The notes under the pieces: generated by a model
The model's input: the letters and a program-made list of their open reading frames with translations, nothing else
Databases searched by the model: none
Told to the model about the DNA's origin: nothing
From: Octopus sinensis
Lineage: Eukaryota
Length of the DNA stretch: 64,000 bases
NCBI RefSeq assembly: GCF_006345805.1
Contig: NC_043017.1
Span: forward strand, 21,080,001 to 21,144,000
Direction: 5' to 3'
Position numbers and translations under genes: made by a program
Part shown: positions 12,253 to 24,030 of the stretch, one piece after another
Layout: every line of letters begins with the position of its first letter
How positions within the stretch are numbered: position 1 is the first letter of the stretch

Positions 12253-12940
12253 ATAACCACTGGATGCAGTGATGCAGTTTAATGTCAGTCATGGAGTTCT
12301 TGAGTTGTTGTTGGTGGTGGTGATGGGGGGGGGGGCATATAAGTCACCCCTTAATTATCATTACTCCCAGGTCTGTTCTGACCTGGAAAAGTAGTACCTG
12401 TTAGGGTCCCATCAATGAGTGGAATAAATTTCTCAGGTACTGAGGAGTCAGCCATCATTTTTGATAAAAACCACGGGGAAGGCAGCTCTCACAGAAGAGC
12501 TGCCTTCCCATTCTTTCATTTACCCAAAGCCAGGAACTTTTCAGCACCTCCTCTTATATATCCCCCTGCATGGCACCTCGAGCTAGTGTGTGTGTGTGTG
12601 TGTGTGCATAACCACTGGATGCAGTGATGCAGTTTAATGTCAGTCATGGAGTTCTTGAGTTGTTGTTGGTGGTGGTGATGGGGGGGGGGCATATAAGTCA
12701 CCCCTTAATTATCATTACTCCCAGGTCTGTTCTGACCTGGAAAAGTAGTACCTGTTAGGGTCCCATCAATGAGTGGAATAAATTTCTCAGGTACTGAGGA
12801 GTCAGCCATCATTTTTGATAAAAACCACGGGGAAGGCAGCTCTCACAGAAGAGCTGCCTTCCCATTCTTTCATTTACCCAAAGCCAGGAACTTTTCAGCA
12901 CCTCCTCTTATATATCCCCCTGCATGGCACCTCGAGCTAG
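12251..12940. repeat. Direct tandem duplication, ~354-bp period, bounded by (TG)n
   Basis: 12251-12586 and 12606-12940 appear identical except for one G in a G-run (11 vs 10). The identical ORF starts at 12415 and 12769 confirm the period. Confidence 0.95.
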
Positions 12941-13034
12941 TGTGTGTGTGTGTGGATACATGTGTTTTACTGAATTGTATCACATGTAGCTGTCCAGAGT
13001 TTTCCATCTCACTTGTCACCCTCTACACTGTAAA

Positions 13035-13180
13035 TCCTTTTCTTGGAGTTTCTATCAGAGCCATCCACAGGACTATAGCCAAAAACACTTGTCCAAGGTG
13101 CCATGCGATGGGTTTGAACCCAAAACCACATGGCAGCACAGAAAATTTACTAACTACACAACCATTCCTGTGTTTAACCA
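13035..13180 (-). mobile_element. SINE family B 5' fragment
   Basis: ctatagcc...acacttgtccaaggtgccatgcgatgggtttgaaccc...accacatgg is the reverse complement of the family B head. Confidence 0.7.
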
Positions 13181-13830
13181 TGCCTCAAATTCGCAGCCTT
13201 GGAACTCTCTTAAAAATCCTTAATTTATACCATAACAATTTCATAATAAAAAAGCTTTACCTTTAACCTTTTAAAGCAGTCATCAAAATAAAGACCCAGT
13301 CAAGTAACTGGTGGAGCAATATAACTCCCTATATCCTTATCCATCTCTGTAATTTGTGGTGTAAACATCATTTGCTCTTAAAATGCTCTACCAACTTCTC
13401 TTGTTAATATCCTATTTTGGTATTATCATTATTATTATTATTATTTATAGAAAAAACATTTATTAGCTATTAACACATCGCCCATTTGTCCCCTATTTTT
13501 TTGTTATTTCTCCTTACCATCCATCATGTCCATATTGTTATCATCATTATTATTGTTATTATTATCAAACCCGCTACCAATTTTGTGATATTCATGAATT
13601 CCCATCTCTTAAAACCCTCATTTTCTTCGCATAATTCCACCAAGGGGAATTTACCAAAAAAACAAAAAAAATTGAAAAAAGAAACAAAAAATATTTCTCC
13701 AGGTTATAAAACATTTTAACATTTTATCTTCACCACCATCACAACACAATTATCATCATCATCATCATCATGATTGTTATTATTGCAATCATTATCACAC
13801 AATTTCCATCAGGCATATTAGTGTTACCAC

Positions 13831-13870
<40 letters not shown>

Positions 13871-14424
13871 GATGTTGTTATTAATAGTATCGTTTCTTGT
13901 TGTTATGTTGCTGCACTGTATTGTTATTGCTATTTGTTGTCATCTATTTATTGATATCACTTAATTATTATTGCCGATCTCACCCTTTTACTCCATGTGA
14001 ATTTGCCAATGTCTCTAGTGTTCTTTACCTTTATTTTCCCAAGCATTTTACCTCTGAACTGCCTCCCAACCTCTTATGCCTCTTGTGGCCAATAAAAGAA
14101 ACTTTTATCATCATTAATCGAGCACTGAGGTTGATGTAATCGACTTATCCCCTCCCCAGAAATTGCTGGCCTTGTGCCAAAATCAAAATAAAAAAAATAA
14201 TAATGATAATAATAATAATAGTAGTAGTAGTAGTAGTTGTTGCCGTCATTGTCGTCGTCGTTATCATCATCATCATCATTATTATTATTTCTTTTTTCCT
14301 GTGGTCAGATGTGCTTTCACTTTGCTTGCCGTGTGGAAAAATATGTTTTGTTTACCTTTTGTTTACCTTTTATACATGTATGAACTATCTACGTAATGAT
14401 GTAGAAACACCTATTGAGTATTGG

Positions 14425-14720
14425 GCCTCACAGAAGTAAGGACTGAGATGATTTGGTATTATGCAGTGCTAGAGGAGAAGACCCATCAAGCCAAGTAAAA
14501 CTGCAGTCATAGCAGATACCAGTGTCACACAAGTGGCACTCGTGCCGGTGGCACATAAAAGCACCAATTACACTCTTGGAGTAGTTGGCATTAGTAAGGG
14601 CATCCAGCCATGGAAAACCATGGAGTCTGGTGCAGCCTTTCTAGCCTACCAGCCCTGGTCAAATCGTCCAACCCATGCCAGCATGGACAACAGATGTTAA
14701 ATGATGATGATGATGATGAT
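14425..14720 (+). mobile_element. SINE family C, degenerate, (GAT)n tail
   Basis: gtgccggtggcacataaaagcacc...agggcatccagcc...aacccatgccagcatgga...gatgatgat. Confidence 0.75.
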
Positions 14721-14732
14721 GGTATGTATAAG

Positions 14733-14961
14733 ACGGTGAGCTGGCAGAAATATTAGCACACCGGGCGAAATGCTTAGCGGTATTTCGTCTGCGTTATGTT
14801 CTGAGTTCAAATTCTGCCGAGGTCGACTTTGCCTTTCATCCTTTCGGGGTCGATAAATTAAGTACCAGTTACGCACTGGGGTCGATGTAATCGACTTAAT
14901 ACCTATGTCTGTCCTTGTTTGTCCCCTTTGTGTTTAGCTGCTTGTGGGTAATAAAGAAATA
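14733..14961 (+). mobile_element. SINE family A with 12-bp TSD
   Basis: Head gagctggcagaa...agcacaccgggcgaaatgcttagcgg; body ttctgagttcaaattc...gcctttcatcctttcggggtcgataaattaagtacc. TSD ggtatgtataag at 14721-14732 and 14962-14973. Confidence 0.9.
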
Positions 14962-15892
14962 GGTATGTATAAGGATGCACAAGAGTGAACATGAGTGTAT
15001 ATAACTGCATGTGTCCTTCCATATATTGTACACAGCATAAATGTCCTTCCATATATTGTACACAACATCCTTTACCCACTTTCTTCATATTTTTAAACAT
15101 GTTTTTTTTACTCCATAATATTCATTTTCTCTGTGTAACCCCTACTGAAAATATTTATTGTGTATTTCCTCAAGTCCTTGTGGCCAATAAAGGAAAAAAA
15201 AACTAAAAATCATCATTATTATTGTTACCATTATCATCATCATCATCATCATCATCACCATTGTAATTTTGCTTCTTTTGGCTTTGGCACTGCCTTGCAT
15301 TCTTCCATTATCTTGGTCCACTTCCTTATTCCTTTCTTTCTCCACCTCACCATTCTAAGAACCTATAGCCTGAAACCAGAACAATATCTTTCAGATGCAG
15401 CTCTTTTGCCAAACACTAACATCATGTCTGCAAGCTTTTTACACAACTAACCACTAATTTCACGATAGCAAAACAGTTTTTTCTTCCTTTGCATCTTTTT
15501 TTTTTCATTTTATTTTATTGTATTTTATATTATTTTTGTGTGTGTGATGGGGAAAGAAAATTTTTTTCCCCGTTTTGCTTATTTCCTTGTTTGTTTGTTT
15601 TTTGTTTTTTTTTTTGGCTATTTTGTTTCTCGGTAGTTTGAAGATGTTTTTTGTTGCTTTTTTTTAAAAAATATATTTTATATATGTTTTTCTTCATTTG
15701 CCGATATTTCTAAATAAATGCTTTTTAATATTCTGAGAACATAGGGACATGAATATACATCGGCATCCAGATACGTATGTACACATATGGATGCCTGCAT
15801 ATATACCTACATATATAGATATGTATATATGTGTATGTGTACATGTCCTTAGGAGAATGTATTGTGTGTTGCTATAAAAAAGAGAGCGAGAC

Positions 15893-15941
<49 letters not shown>

Positions 15942-16476
15942 GACAGGGGTTATAATGATGGATAAAGAAAGTGTATGTATGTGAGGTTTGTGTCTGTGTG
16001 CCTATAAATCTATATATGTCTAAGAGAGTGATTGATGGAATCTAATGAATGTGTGCATTAGATGTCTGGATATATGGATGACCGAGTGAAGAATGAAGGC
16101 TGCATTTGTAATAATAGATATATAAATATAGAGGAATATCAAAATGAAACCAAAAACAACAAAAAATCAAAACAAAGGCATCTGGTTTATCATATGCATA
16201 GATACATAGAGACATATATAGTAGAGAAACAATAATAGTAATGATGATGATGAGGTTTTTTTGTTTGCCACAGGTGCACTGGATGAAGAGAAAGTTACTA
16301 AGATATGTTAAAATTTGTTGGGGGTTTACAGAAAAATCAAGTGTGAAGTGTGAAGAGAGGTGGGATGTTGGTGGTGGGGGGGGGGGCAGAAATGAGATAA
16401 AAAATATGTATATACACTGCAGGCAAAATAGATGAATGCATGGATGATAGAGTCTTCCTATATAACAACAATAGTA

Positions 16477-16518
<42 letters not shown>

Positions 16519-16529
<11 letters not shown>

Positions 16530-16755
16530 TAATAATAATCCTTTCTATTAAAGGCACAAGGGCCTGAAATTTGGGGGAGAGGATAAGTCAATCACATTGA
16601 TGCCAGTACTTGACTGATACTTAATTTATCAATCCCAAAAGGATGAAAGGCAAAGTTGACCTCGGTGGAATTTAATCTCAGAGAGTAGCGACAGGCAAAA
16701 TTGCGCTAAGCATTTTGTCCAGCATGCTAACAATTTTGCCAGCTCCCTGCCTTAA
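16519..16755 (-). mobile_element. SINE family A
   Basis: Reverse complement of the family A body and head, next to an (AAT)n run. Confidence 0.8.
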
Positions 16756-16800
16756 TAACAACAACAACAATAACAACAACAACAGTAATAATAATAATAA

Positions 16801-17225
16801 ATTGAAAGAGAATACTCGGTAGATCTCCTACAGAAGGTTTGTCTCTTAGGGACAGCAAAGATTATCAGGAGGGTTCTAAGCACTTGAAAGACTGCTGGAA
16901 AATTGTGGGTGCCTAGGGTTACAGGCCCTGGAGAAGGACATCATGCTCAGAATGGTCAGTGGCAAGAGAGGGAGAGGCCGACCAAGAACCCACTGGCTTG
17001 ACACCATCAAGAGTGATACCGGAATGGACATGGCCAATCTGAAAGAAGCGGTCCAGCATAGAACTGACTGGAGGACACTGATCCAATGAGTAACCGAGAG
17101 TCGACTTTGACTGAGCGGATAGATAGAGAGAGGATTACAGGCAGTAAACTTACATCCACATAATCCCTAACAGGAGTATGTGGATAAAACTGAACCTGAG
17201 ACAAAACAAAATAACAAAAATAATA
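16801..17225 (+). mobile_element. R4/Dong-clade (RLE) LINE extreme 3' end, interrupted
   Basis: 16801-16887 translates IEREYSVDLLQKVCLLGTAKIIRRVLST*, matching the LQK..LLGTA.I.R.VL C-terminal signature of R4/Dong ORFs. The putative 3'UTR resumes after 17142 and ends in an A/AAT-rich tail. Confidence 0.7.
16927..17134 (+). mobile_element. RTE (BovB-like) LINE 3' fragment inserted into the Dong 3'UTR
   Basis: Frame 16925-17122 gives ALEKDIMLRMVSGKRGRGRPRTHWLDTIKSDTGMDMANLKEAVQHRTDWRTLIQ*VTESRL*LSG*, similar to the BovB/RTE-1 C-terminus. It is flanked by ttacaggc at 16919-16926 and 17135-17142. Confidence 0.8.
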
Positions 17226-17227
17226 TT

Positions 17228-18362
17228 TTTTCCTGAAAGCACAAGGCTTGAAATTGTAGGGGAGGACCTCAGTGCTCCCCTGGTATTTAATTTATCAGCC
17301 CCAAGAGAACAAAAGGTAAAGTCGACTTTGATGGAATTTGAACAATGTTGAAAAACTGCTAAGGATTCTGCCAGCTTGCCGCCTTACTACCAAAATGGTT
17401 AGTGGTATTTCATCAGTCTTTGTGTTCTGATTTCAAATTCCTTTAAGGTCAACTTTTTCGGGGTTGATAAAATGAATACAAGTCAAACACTGGGTTAATG
17501 TAATCCACTTATGCCCCCCCACCCACAAAAACTGTTGGCCTTGAATCAAAATTTGAAATCAATATTCTAAGTGTTAAAAAGGCAATGAGCTGGCAGAATT
17601 GTTTGCAATCCGGGCAAAATGCTTTGTGGCATTTTGTCTGCCGTTACGTTCTGAGTTCAAATTCCGCCGAGGTCGACTTTGCCTTTCATCCTTTCGGGGT
17701 CGATAAATTAAGTACCAATTACGCACTGGGGTCGATGTAATCAACTTGATACTTTTGTCTGTCCTTGTTTGTCCCCTCTATGTTTAGCCCCTTGTGGGCA
17801 ATAAAGAAATAATTATGTTCTGAGTTCAAATTTTGCTGAGGTTGACTTTGCCTTTCATCCAATTGGGGTCGATAAATTAAGTACCAGTTGAGTACTGGGG
17901 TCGATGTAAACAACTATTCCCCTCCCCAAAATTTCAGGCCTTCTGCCTATAGTAGAAAAGGTTTCGTCTGTCTCTATGTTCTGAGTTCAAATTCTGCTGA
18001 GGTCGACTTTGCCTTTCATCCTTTTGGGGTTAATTAAATTAGTACCAACTATACACTTGGGTCAATGTAACAGACGTATACCCTCCCTGCAAATTGCTAG
18101 CCTCGTGCCAGATTTTCAAACTAATATTCTAAGTGTCAAAAGCGGGGTGAGCTAGACAAATCGTTAGCACTACGGGCAAAATGCTTAGCGGCATTTTTGT
18201 CTGTGTTTACGTTCTGAGTTCAAATTCCGCCAAGGTCGACTTCACCTTTCATCCTTTTGAGGTCGATGAAATAAGTACCAGTTATGCACTGGGATCAATG
18301 GAATAGACTTATGCCCCTTCCTCAAAATTGCTGGTCACATGTCAAAATTTGAAACCAATATT
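17228..18362. mobile_element. Cluster of about six SINE family A copies or fragments
   Basis: Repeated ttctgagttcaaatt...gactttgcctttcatcc...gtcgataaattaagtacc at ~17420, 17650, 17817, 17977 and 18212, plus a minus-strand copy at 17228-17400. Confidence 0.85.
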
Positions 18363-18936
18363 GTGTGTAAAGAGACAATATGAAATTGTCACTTCACACT
18401 TGATTAACATACATTAACTCATTTTTTTTTAAAAGGAAAAAGCGAAAATATTTTTTTTAAAATGTAGTTAAAAGACCAATAATTCTCTCAGGTGCATTCC
18501 AGTAGAACAACACGATGTCAATATATATTTCGTACATATCTTTTCTTTAATTTAATTTTATTGTATTTAATTTAAATTTTATTTTATTTCTCGCAGATAA
18601 TATATAATATAATGTTATTGATGCAATGCTAAAGCCTTTTGGATAATCAATTTTAAGAAATATACGTTTAAAATTTAAATTGAGAAAGAAGGTGAAGTAA
18701 AAACAAAAAAAAAAAAGACGAAAAAGATGAAAGAGTATACTAGGTGGGGGTGACGAAAAGAGTGAGAGTAGATGGGAAAAGATACTTGTTGGGGTGGGAT
18801 AGGGGTGGAGAGTTGGGGGAACGGAGGGGGACAATTTTCTGATCACTTTGATCATTTATTAGAAATATATTAAAGATTTCTCTCTCTCTTTCCCTATCCT
18901 CTCTCTCTCTACACACACACACATATATTTAAATAA

Positions 18937-18974
<38 letters not shown>

Positions 18975-19126
18975 ACATACATGATGAATATATATTTATA
19001 TCAAAACATGCATGAACATATATATTTTATATATGTATATACACATATACATATAAACAATAAGCATATATATAGATGTACATACATACACATACAAACA
19101 CACACACACATATATTGATAGATACT

Positions 19127-19162
<36 letters not shown>

Positions 19163-19714
19163 CACATACATGTAATAAAATGGTTTTGTATTTTTTCATA
19201 TAGATATATATTTATATTTATGTATGGTTTTGTATAAGTATATAAATATCTATATAGACATATGCATGTACATTTCTATCTATCTATATTTATTTTTATG
19301 TATATGTTTCTAGAAAAACACATTCACACATGTATGAACATGCAAGCAACACACAAAAAACATGCACACATGCACATACTCAACACAGAGAAACACACTG
19401 GAACGCATATACACACACAGAAACATGCGCACACAGAAACACACAGAGAAAAAACACACACACATACATGAAAACACACAGACACACACACCTACAAAAT
19501 CACACACACACACACACATGCTGTAAGCAGTCTATCTGAGGAAGATGCTCTAAGTAAATGTGTCAAGCTCAGCAAAGGGTTGGCAGACAGAGAAAAATTC
19601 TTCTCTCCACTAATCCTGCTGCAGGTGTGTTTTTTTTTCTCATTTGATTCCATCTATAGAGAATAATACCTTGGAAAGTAACATTTACGATGAGTTTATC
19701 CTCTGTCTGAAAGG

Positions 19715-19870
19715 TAGTGCTTAGGCTGTTGGACTCATGATCGTAAGATGTAGTTTCAATTCCTGGACTAGGTGACATGTTGTGTTCTTTACTAAAACAC
19801 TGTTTCACATTGCTCCAGTCCTCTTAGCTGGCAAAAACTCCTGTGATGGATCAGCATCAAACCCAGGTGG
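19715..19870 (+). mobile_element. Degenerate tRNA-derived SINE (family D-like head)
   Basis: gtagtgcttaggctgttggactcatgatcgtaag...tttcaattcctggac...aaaacactgtttcacattgctccagtc; related to 22900-23090 (-) and 41960-42035 (+). Confidence 0.65.
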
Positions 19871-20185
19871 AAAATATATAAATAAGTAAATTTATTAATC
19901 CAAATTACATCGAATTTTTTTTATCGATCACGATAAGAAAGATTACAAGAAATACTTTGGCAGCTTTGCTGATTTGGGCACCAGGAAACAAGGAAACTGG
20001 CCTATGACCCAAGAAAGTGACTTCAGTTTCTTACTTAGTGTGGGGGTAAGAACAAGTGCCAAACTTATTGTGTGGTGAAAGAACCAACTGCAAAATAATT
20101 CTTGACTTGCTTTTGATGACAAGACTCAATGGATCAGTGAACCATGTCTTACTCCAATGCTTCGTTTTTGTCAATGTTTCTACAG

Positions 20186-20560
20186 ATGATGATGATGATG
20201 ATGAAAGTAATGATGATGATGATGATGATAATGATGAAGGTGATGATGACGATGGTGATGATGGTGATGACGGTTATGATTATGACGGTGCTGATGATGA
20301 TGAAGGTGATGATGATGCTGAAGGTGATGATGATGCTGAAGGTGATAATGATGCTGAAGATGATGATCATGAGGATAATGATGATGCTGATGCTGAAGGT
20401 GATGGTGATGATGACGATGATGATTATGATGAAGGTGATGATGCTGCTGAAGGTGATGATGATGATGATGATGATGTTGAAAGTGATAATGATGATGATG
20501 ATGAAGATGATGATGACGATGATGATGATGCTGACGTTGACGCCAACAACGATGCCAAAG
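20186..20560. repeat. Cryptic (GAT)n tract with a GCTGAAGGTGAT higher-order unit
   Basis: Seen directly. The Asp frame is open to 20592 (see findings). Confidence 0.85.
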
Positions 20561-21170
20561 GATATTTACAAAAGGCAAACTATTTAAGATAAAAAGGAGA
20601 ACTCTCAGAAATAAACTTCAACAGAAATAGTATTTTAAAAATATTTCATTTTACAGAATCAAGAAAACCAGAAGACAATATCTATTTATTTATTTATTTA
20701 TTTATCTATTTACTTATTTTGTTTCCATATTTTTTCCCCCCATTTTCAGATTCTAAGCAATATGACTCCCTTGCTGATATTGAAATATTATCGCTATTAG
20801 AGTAAATACTGAGGGGGTGAGAGTCATATATGGCATTACAATGCTTTTCATATCATTGTCTTGCTGTTTTCTGCTGTACTGCATTAAAACAGATTAAAGC
20901 AAAAAAAAAAAAGCTGCAACAATAAAAAAAAAAGTGAACTTAACAGACAAAGCTCATGTCAGGATTATGGGGCCAGTTTTTTTCTTGCAGTTCCTTTATT
21001 GCAGTTCCAGAGGTGTGTAGATAGATGTATGTTTCCATTTATATATCATCACCATCATCATCTTCGTCTGTTTATCTGTCTATTTATCCATCTGCTTCTC
21101 TGTGTGTATGTGTGTGTATATGACACACGTACACATATATATGCGTATACGCACATGTATACACACATAA

Positions 21171-21201
<31 letters not shown>

Positions 21202-21321
21202 CACATATAATACAAACACATATATACATATATATAATACATACATACATATATATATGCATATATATAATACATATATGCATATATATATAATACATAT
21301 ATACACATATATATAATAGAC

Positions 21322-21368
<47 letters not shown>

Positions 21369-21947
21369 ATTCATACACACATGTACCTATATATAATACA
21401 TACGCACATATATATAATACATACTTACACATATACATACATAATAGATAGATAGATAGACAGACAGATATAGTTTTATAAATATATATATATATATATA
21501 TATACATATATATCAAGAAGTCAATGAGCACAAAAAGATAACATGGCAGGGCATGTTTTTTACACACATACACAGGTATGTATGTATGTATGTATGAATT
21601 ATCGTATAGAGATCTAAGCAATGTCTAAAGTAATTATCTCAACTTAGCAGAATTCTTCACTGAGTTCCATGGAGAACAAGTTTAATGTACTCCTCGGTAC
21701 CAACACAAATTGTAAAAAAACATTTATTGATGATAAAAATAATCTGATAAAAGATTTCTAAAAGAACTGTTACTTTCTTTTGTTACTTTTTTTTTCTTTT
21801 TCCGTTTGATTTGGTTTTTTTTATTATGAGATAATCACGTGATGAAATTCTGTTAGTTTGAAAAACTAAATGTAAAGTTTAAGAAATTCTGTTGTAATTT
21901 TACATTTAGACACATACACAGACACAACACATACATATGCATATAGA

Positions 21948-22145
21948 CATGAAGGAGTGCTTAAAAATTCCTGGCGGCTCTGGGTAAAAGAAAATACATA
22001 AGGATCAGTTGATCCCAGATTCATATACATCTTGCAGCAGTCCTTCAGTTTTTCAAAGCCCTATGAAAGAACTTATAAGTTTGGGCCTCCAGCTAGGCCT
22101 TTTGTGATACCCTTAAAGCCAGGAACTTTTCAGTACCCCCTTGTG
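21948..22145. mobile_element. Mariner-type MITE
   Basis: 28-bp TIRs: catgaaggagtgcttaaaaattcctggc versus the reverse complement of the right end, cacaagggggtactgaaaagttcctggc (21/28). Orphan TIRs of the same family lie at 12521-12558 and 12875-12912. Confidence 0.7.
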
Positions 22146-22198
22146 GATGTGTATACACACACACACACACACAAACATATATATATACATATATATAC

Positions 22199-22260
<62 letters not shown>

Positions 22261-22265
<5 letters not shown>

Positions 22266-22455
22266 TGCCCGTGTTGGTGCTATGTAAAAGCACCCAGTAC
22301 ACTCTGTCAAGTGGTTTGTGTTAGGAAGGACATCCAGCTGTAGAAACCATGCCAAAGCAGACCTGCAGCCTGGACAGCCCTTCAGCTGATCAGTTCCTGT
22401 CAAACCATCCAACCCATGCCAGCATGGAAATGGATGATGATGATGATGATGATGA
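22261..22455 (+). mobile_element. SINE family C 3' part
   Basis: aaaagcacccagtacactctg...ttaggaaggacatccagctgtagaaacc...aacccatgccagcatggaa...(gat)n. Confidence 0.75.
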
Positions 22456-22884
22456 TATATATGTTTTTAAAGTACATATACATATGTGTATATGCATATT
22501 CCTATATATAGTTTTATGTAAAAGTATTACTCCACAAAGTATATGGTGCCACTCCCTGGGAGAAATGGACAAAGAAAGTTTTATAAGGGAACCAGAGACA
22601 AAAGGGGATATGGAGGTATATATAAAACACAAGGGTCACATGGTTTGGGGTTCCCACAGTGTGGTGCCTTAGACAAGTACCTTCTCCTATAGCGTTAGGC
22701 TGACCAAAGCTTTGAGTGAATTTGGTAGAGAGAAACTCCGTCATGTGTGAGAGTGCTTGTGTCTCCTTAGATAAATGGGAGGGAAAGTATATGTAGCTGG
22801 GTTTGGCCAAAGCCACATGCTAAAGGCTGGATCAGTAACGAAGATCAGCTGATGATGTATCAAATATTTGCTCTTTGTGAGGGG

Positions 22885-23095
22885 TTGCTGCTGGGTTTAG
22901 AGGTCATTCTATGTCACGCTGGACGGGGCAGTGATCCATCATAGGACTACTCCTTTTTGCCACCTGAGTGGACTGGAGCAATGTAAAATGAAGTGTTTTG
23001 CTCAAGAACACAATGCACCATTCTGTCCAGGAATCGAAACCACAATCTTATGATCACAAGTACAACATCCTGACCACTAAACCAAATGCTCTGCT
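22885..23095 (-). mobile_element. Degenerate tRNA-derived SINE (family D-like)
   Basis: gagtggactggagcaatgtaaaatgaagtgttttgctcaagaacacaatg...ccaggaatcgaaacc is the reverse complement of the head and core seen at 19715. Confidence 0.65.
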
Positions 23096-23429
23096 TCTGT
23101 AGAAATCCTCTACTCTATTTCGCTTAATTGCAGAAAAATATTGAAAATTCCAGTAAAATGATTCTGTTGTTATTAAGCTGGGATTTGAAATCTAAATTAA
23201 CACAAAATTTTAATAAAAGGCTTTAATTTAGATTACTTTAAACTTTTAGCATTCTGATTATTCTGTCAAATGTGATGCTTATTTATTCAAATTGTTTTGA
23301 ATTAGTCATGAATTAAATCGTTATTTCAAGACTTCGATGATGTGACTGTTTATTTTTGAGAATAACAATATAAGATAGCTATGAGTGGTCAGATTTAGCC
23401 AGTTCAGACATAAAACTGGTGGAATATTT

Positions 23430-24030
23430 TGGCCAGATATTGCTGGATTTAACAAAACAGGTAAGGGAATATCTAAGTGAATTTGAAACACAGCAAATTC
23501 CAGAATTAGAAGTACTAGAAACAATCACAGAAAAAGCTAAGCACATGAAAACCTGTGCTAAAACTGCTGCCTTAGATATTCTTCCTGATAAATGGCATAA
23601 AAAAAACCTTTCAAAGGCAAATGCCCAAAGAAAGCTAATAGTGCCGATGTTGACAAAGCCCTTACCCATCAATGGTTAGTGGCTTCTGGCTTAAAATCAG
23701 AAACAGAAGGGTTTATCATAGTAGCCCAAGATCAATGCCTACCTACAAGAAACTACCAGGCCAACATATTAAAGAACAGCAACTGCCCATATCCTACGTA
23801 AAATACTGTCTATGTAATCTCAAATTTTAAAACAAACACATAATTTTCTAGTTTTCTTCAACATTCTCTAGAATAATACTTTGTGCAAAACCAAATATAT
23901 GACACCCTAGGCATAACACCAACATGTACGTCTAACTTGTCTCTTGAAGTCTCTCGGTGAGACTTGGAGTCAACTTGTACAAATAGAAGCAAAAGTAAAA
24001 AATATAACAACAACAACGACAATAATAATT
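23430..24030 (+). mobile_element. R4/Dong-clade LINE 3' fragment with an internal deletion
   Basis: After one frameshift it reads KW.KKPFKGKCPKKANSADVDKALTHQWLVASGLKSETEGFIIVAQDQCLPTRNYQANILKNS (the conserved GL..ETEGFI.AAQDQ.L.T motif). It then jumps to TAHILRKILSM* (stop 23815-23817), a 3'UTR and an (AAC/AAT)n tail. Confidence 0.85.

Noticed and set aside
12420-12445. tcaggtactga resembling the 3' part of miR-12
   Set aside because: The seed and 5' half do not match and there is no pre-miRNA hairpin. I noticed no exact match to the conserved animal miRNAs I could recall.
12570-12590. CTAG-T end suggesting a Helitron 3' terminus
   Set aside because: The strong hairpin is ~75 bp upstream rather than ~10 bp, and no TC 5' terminus could be defined.
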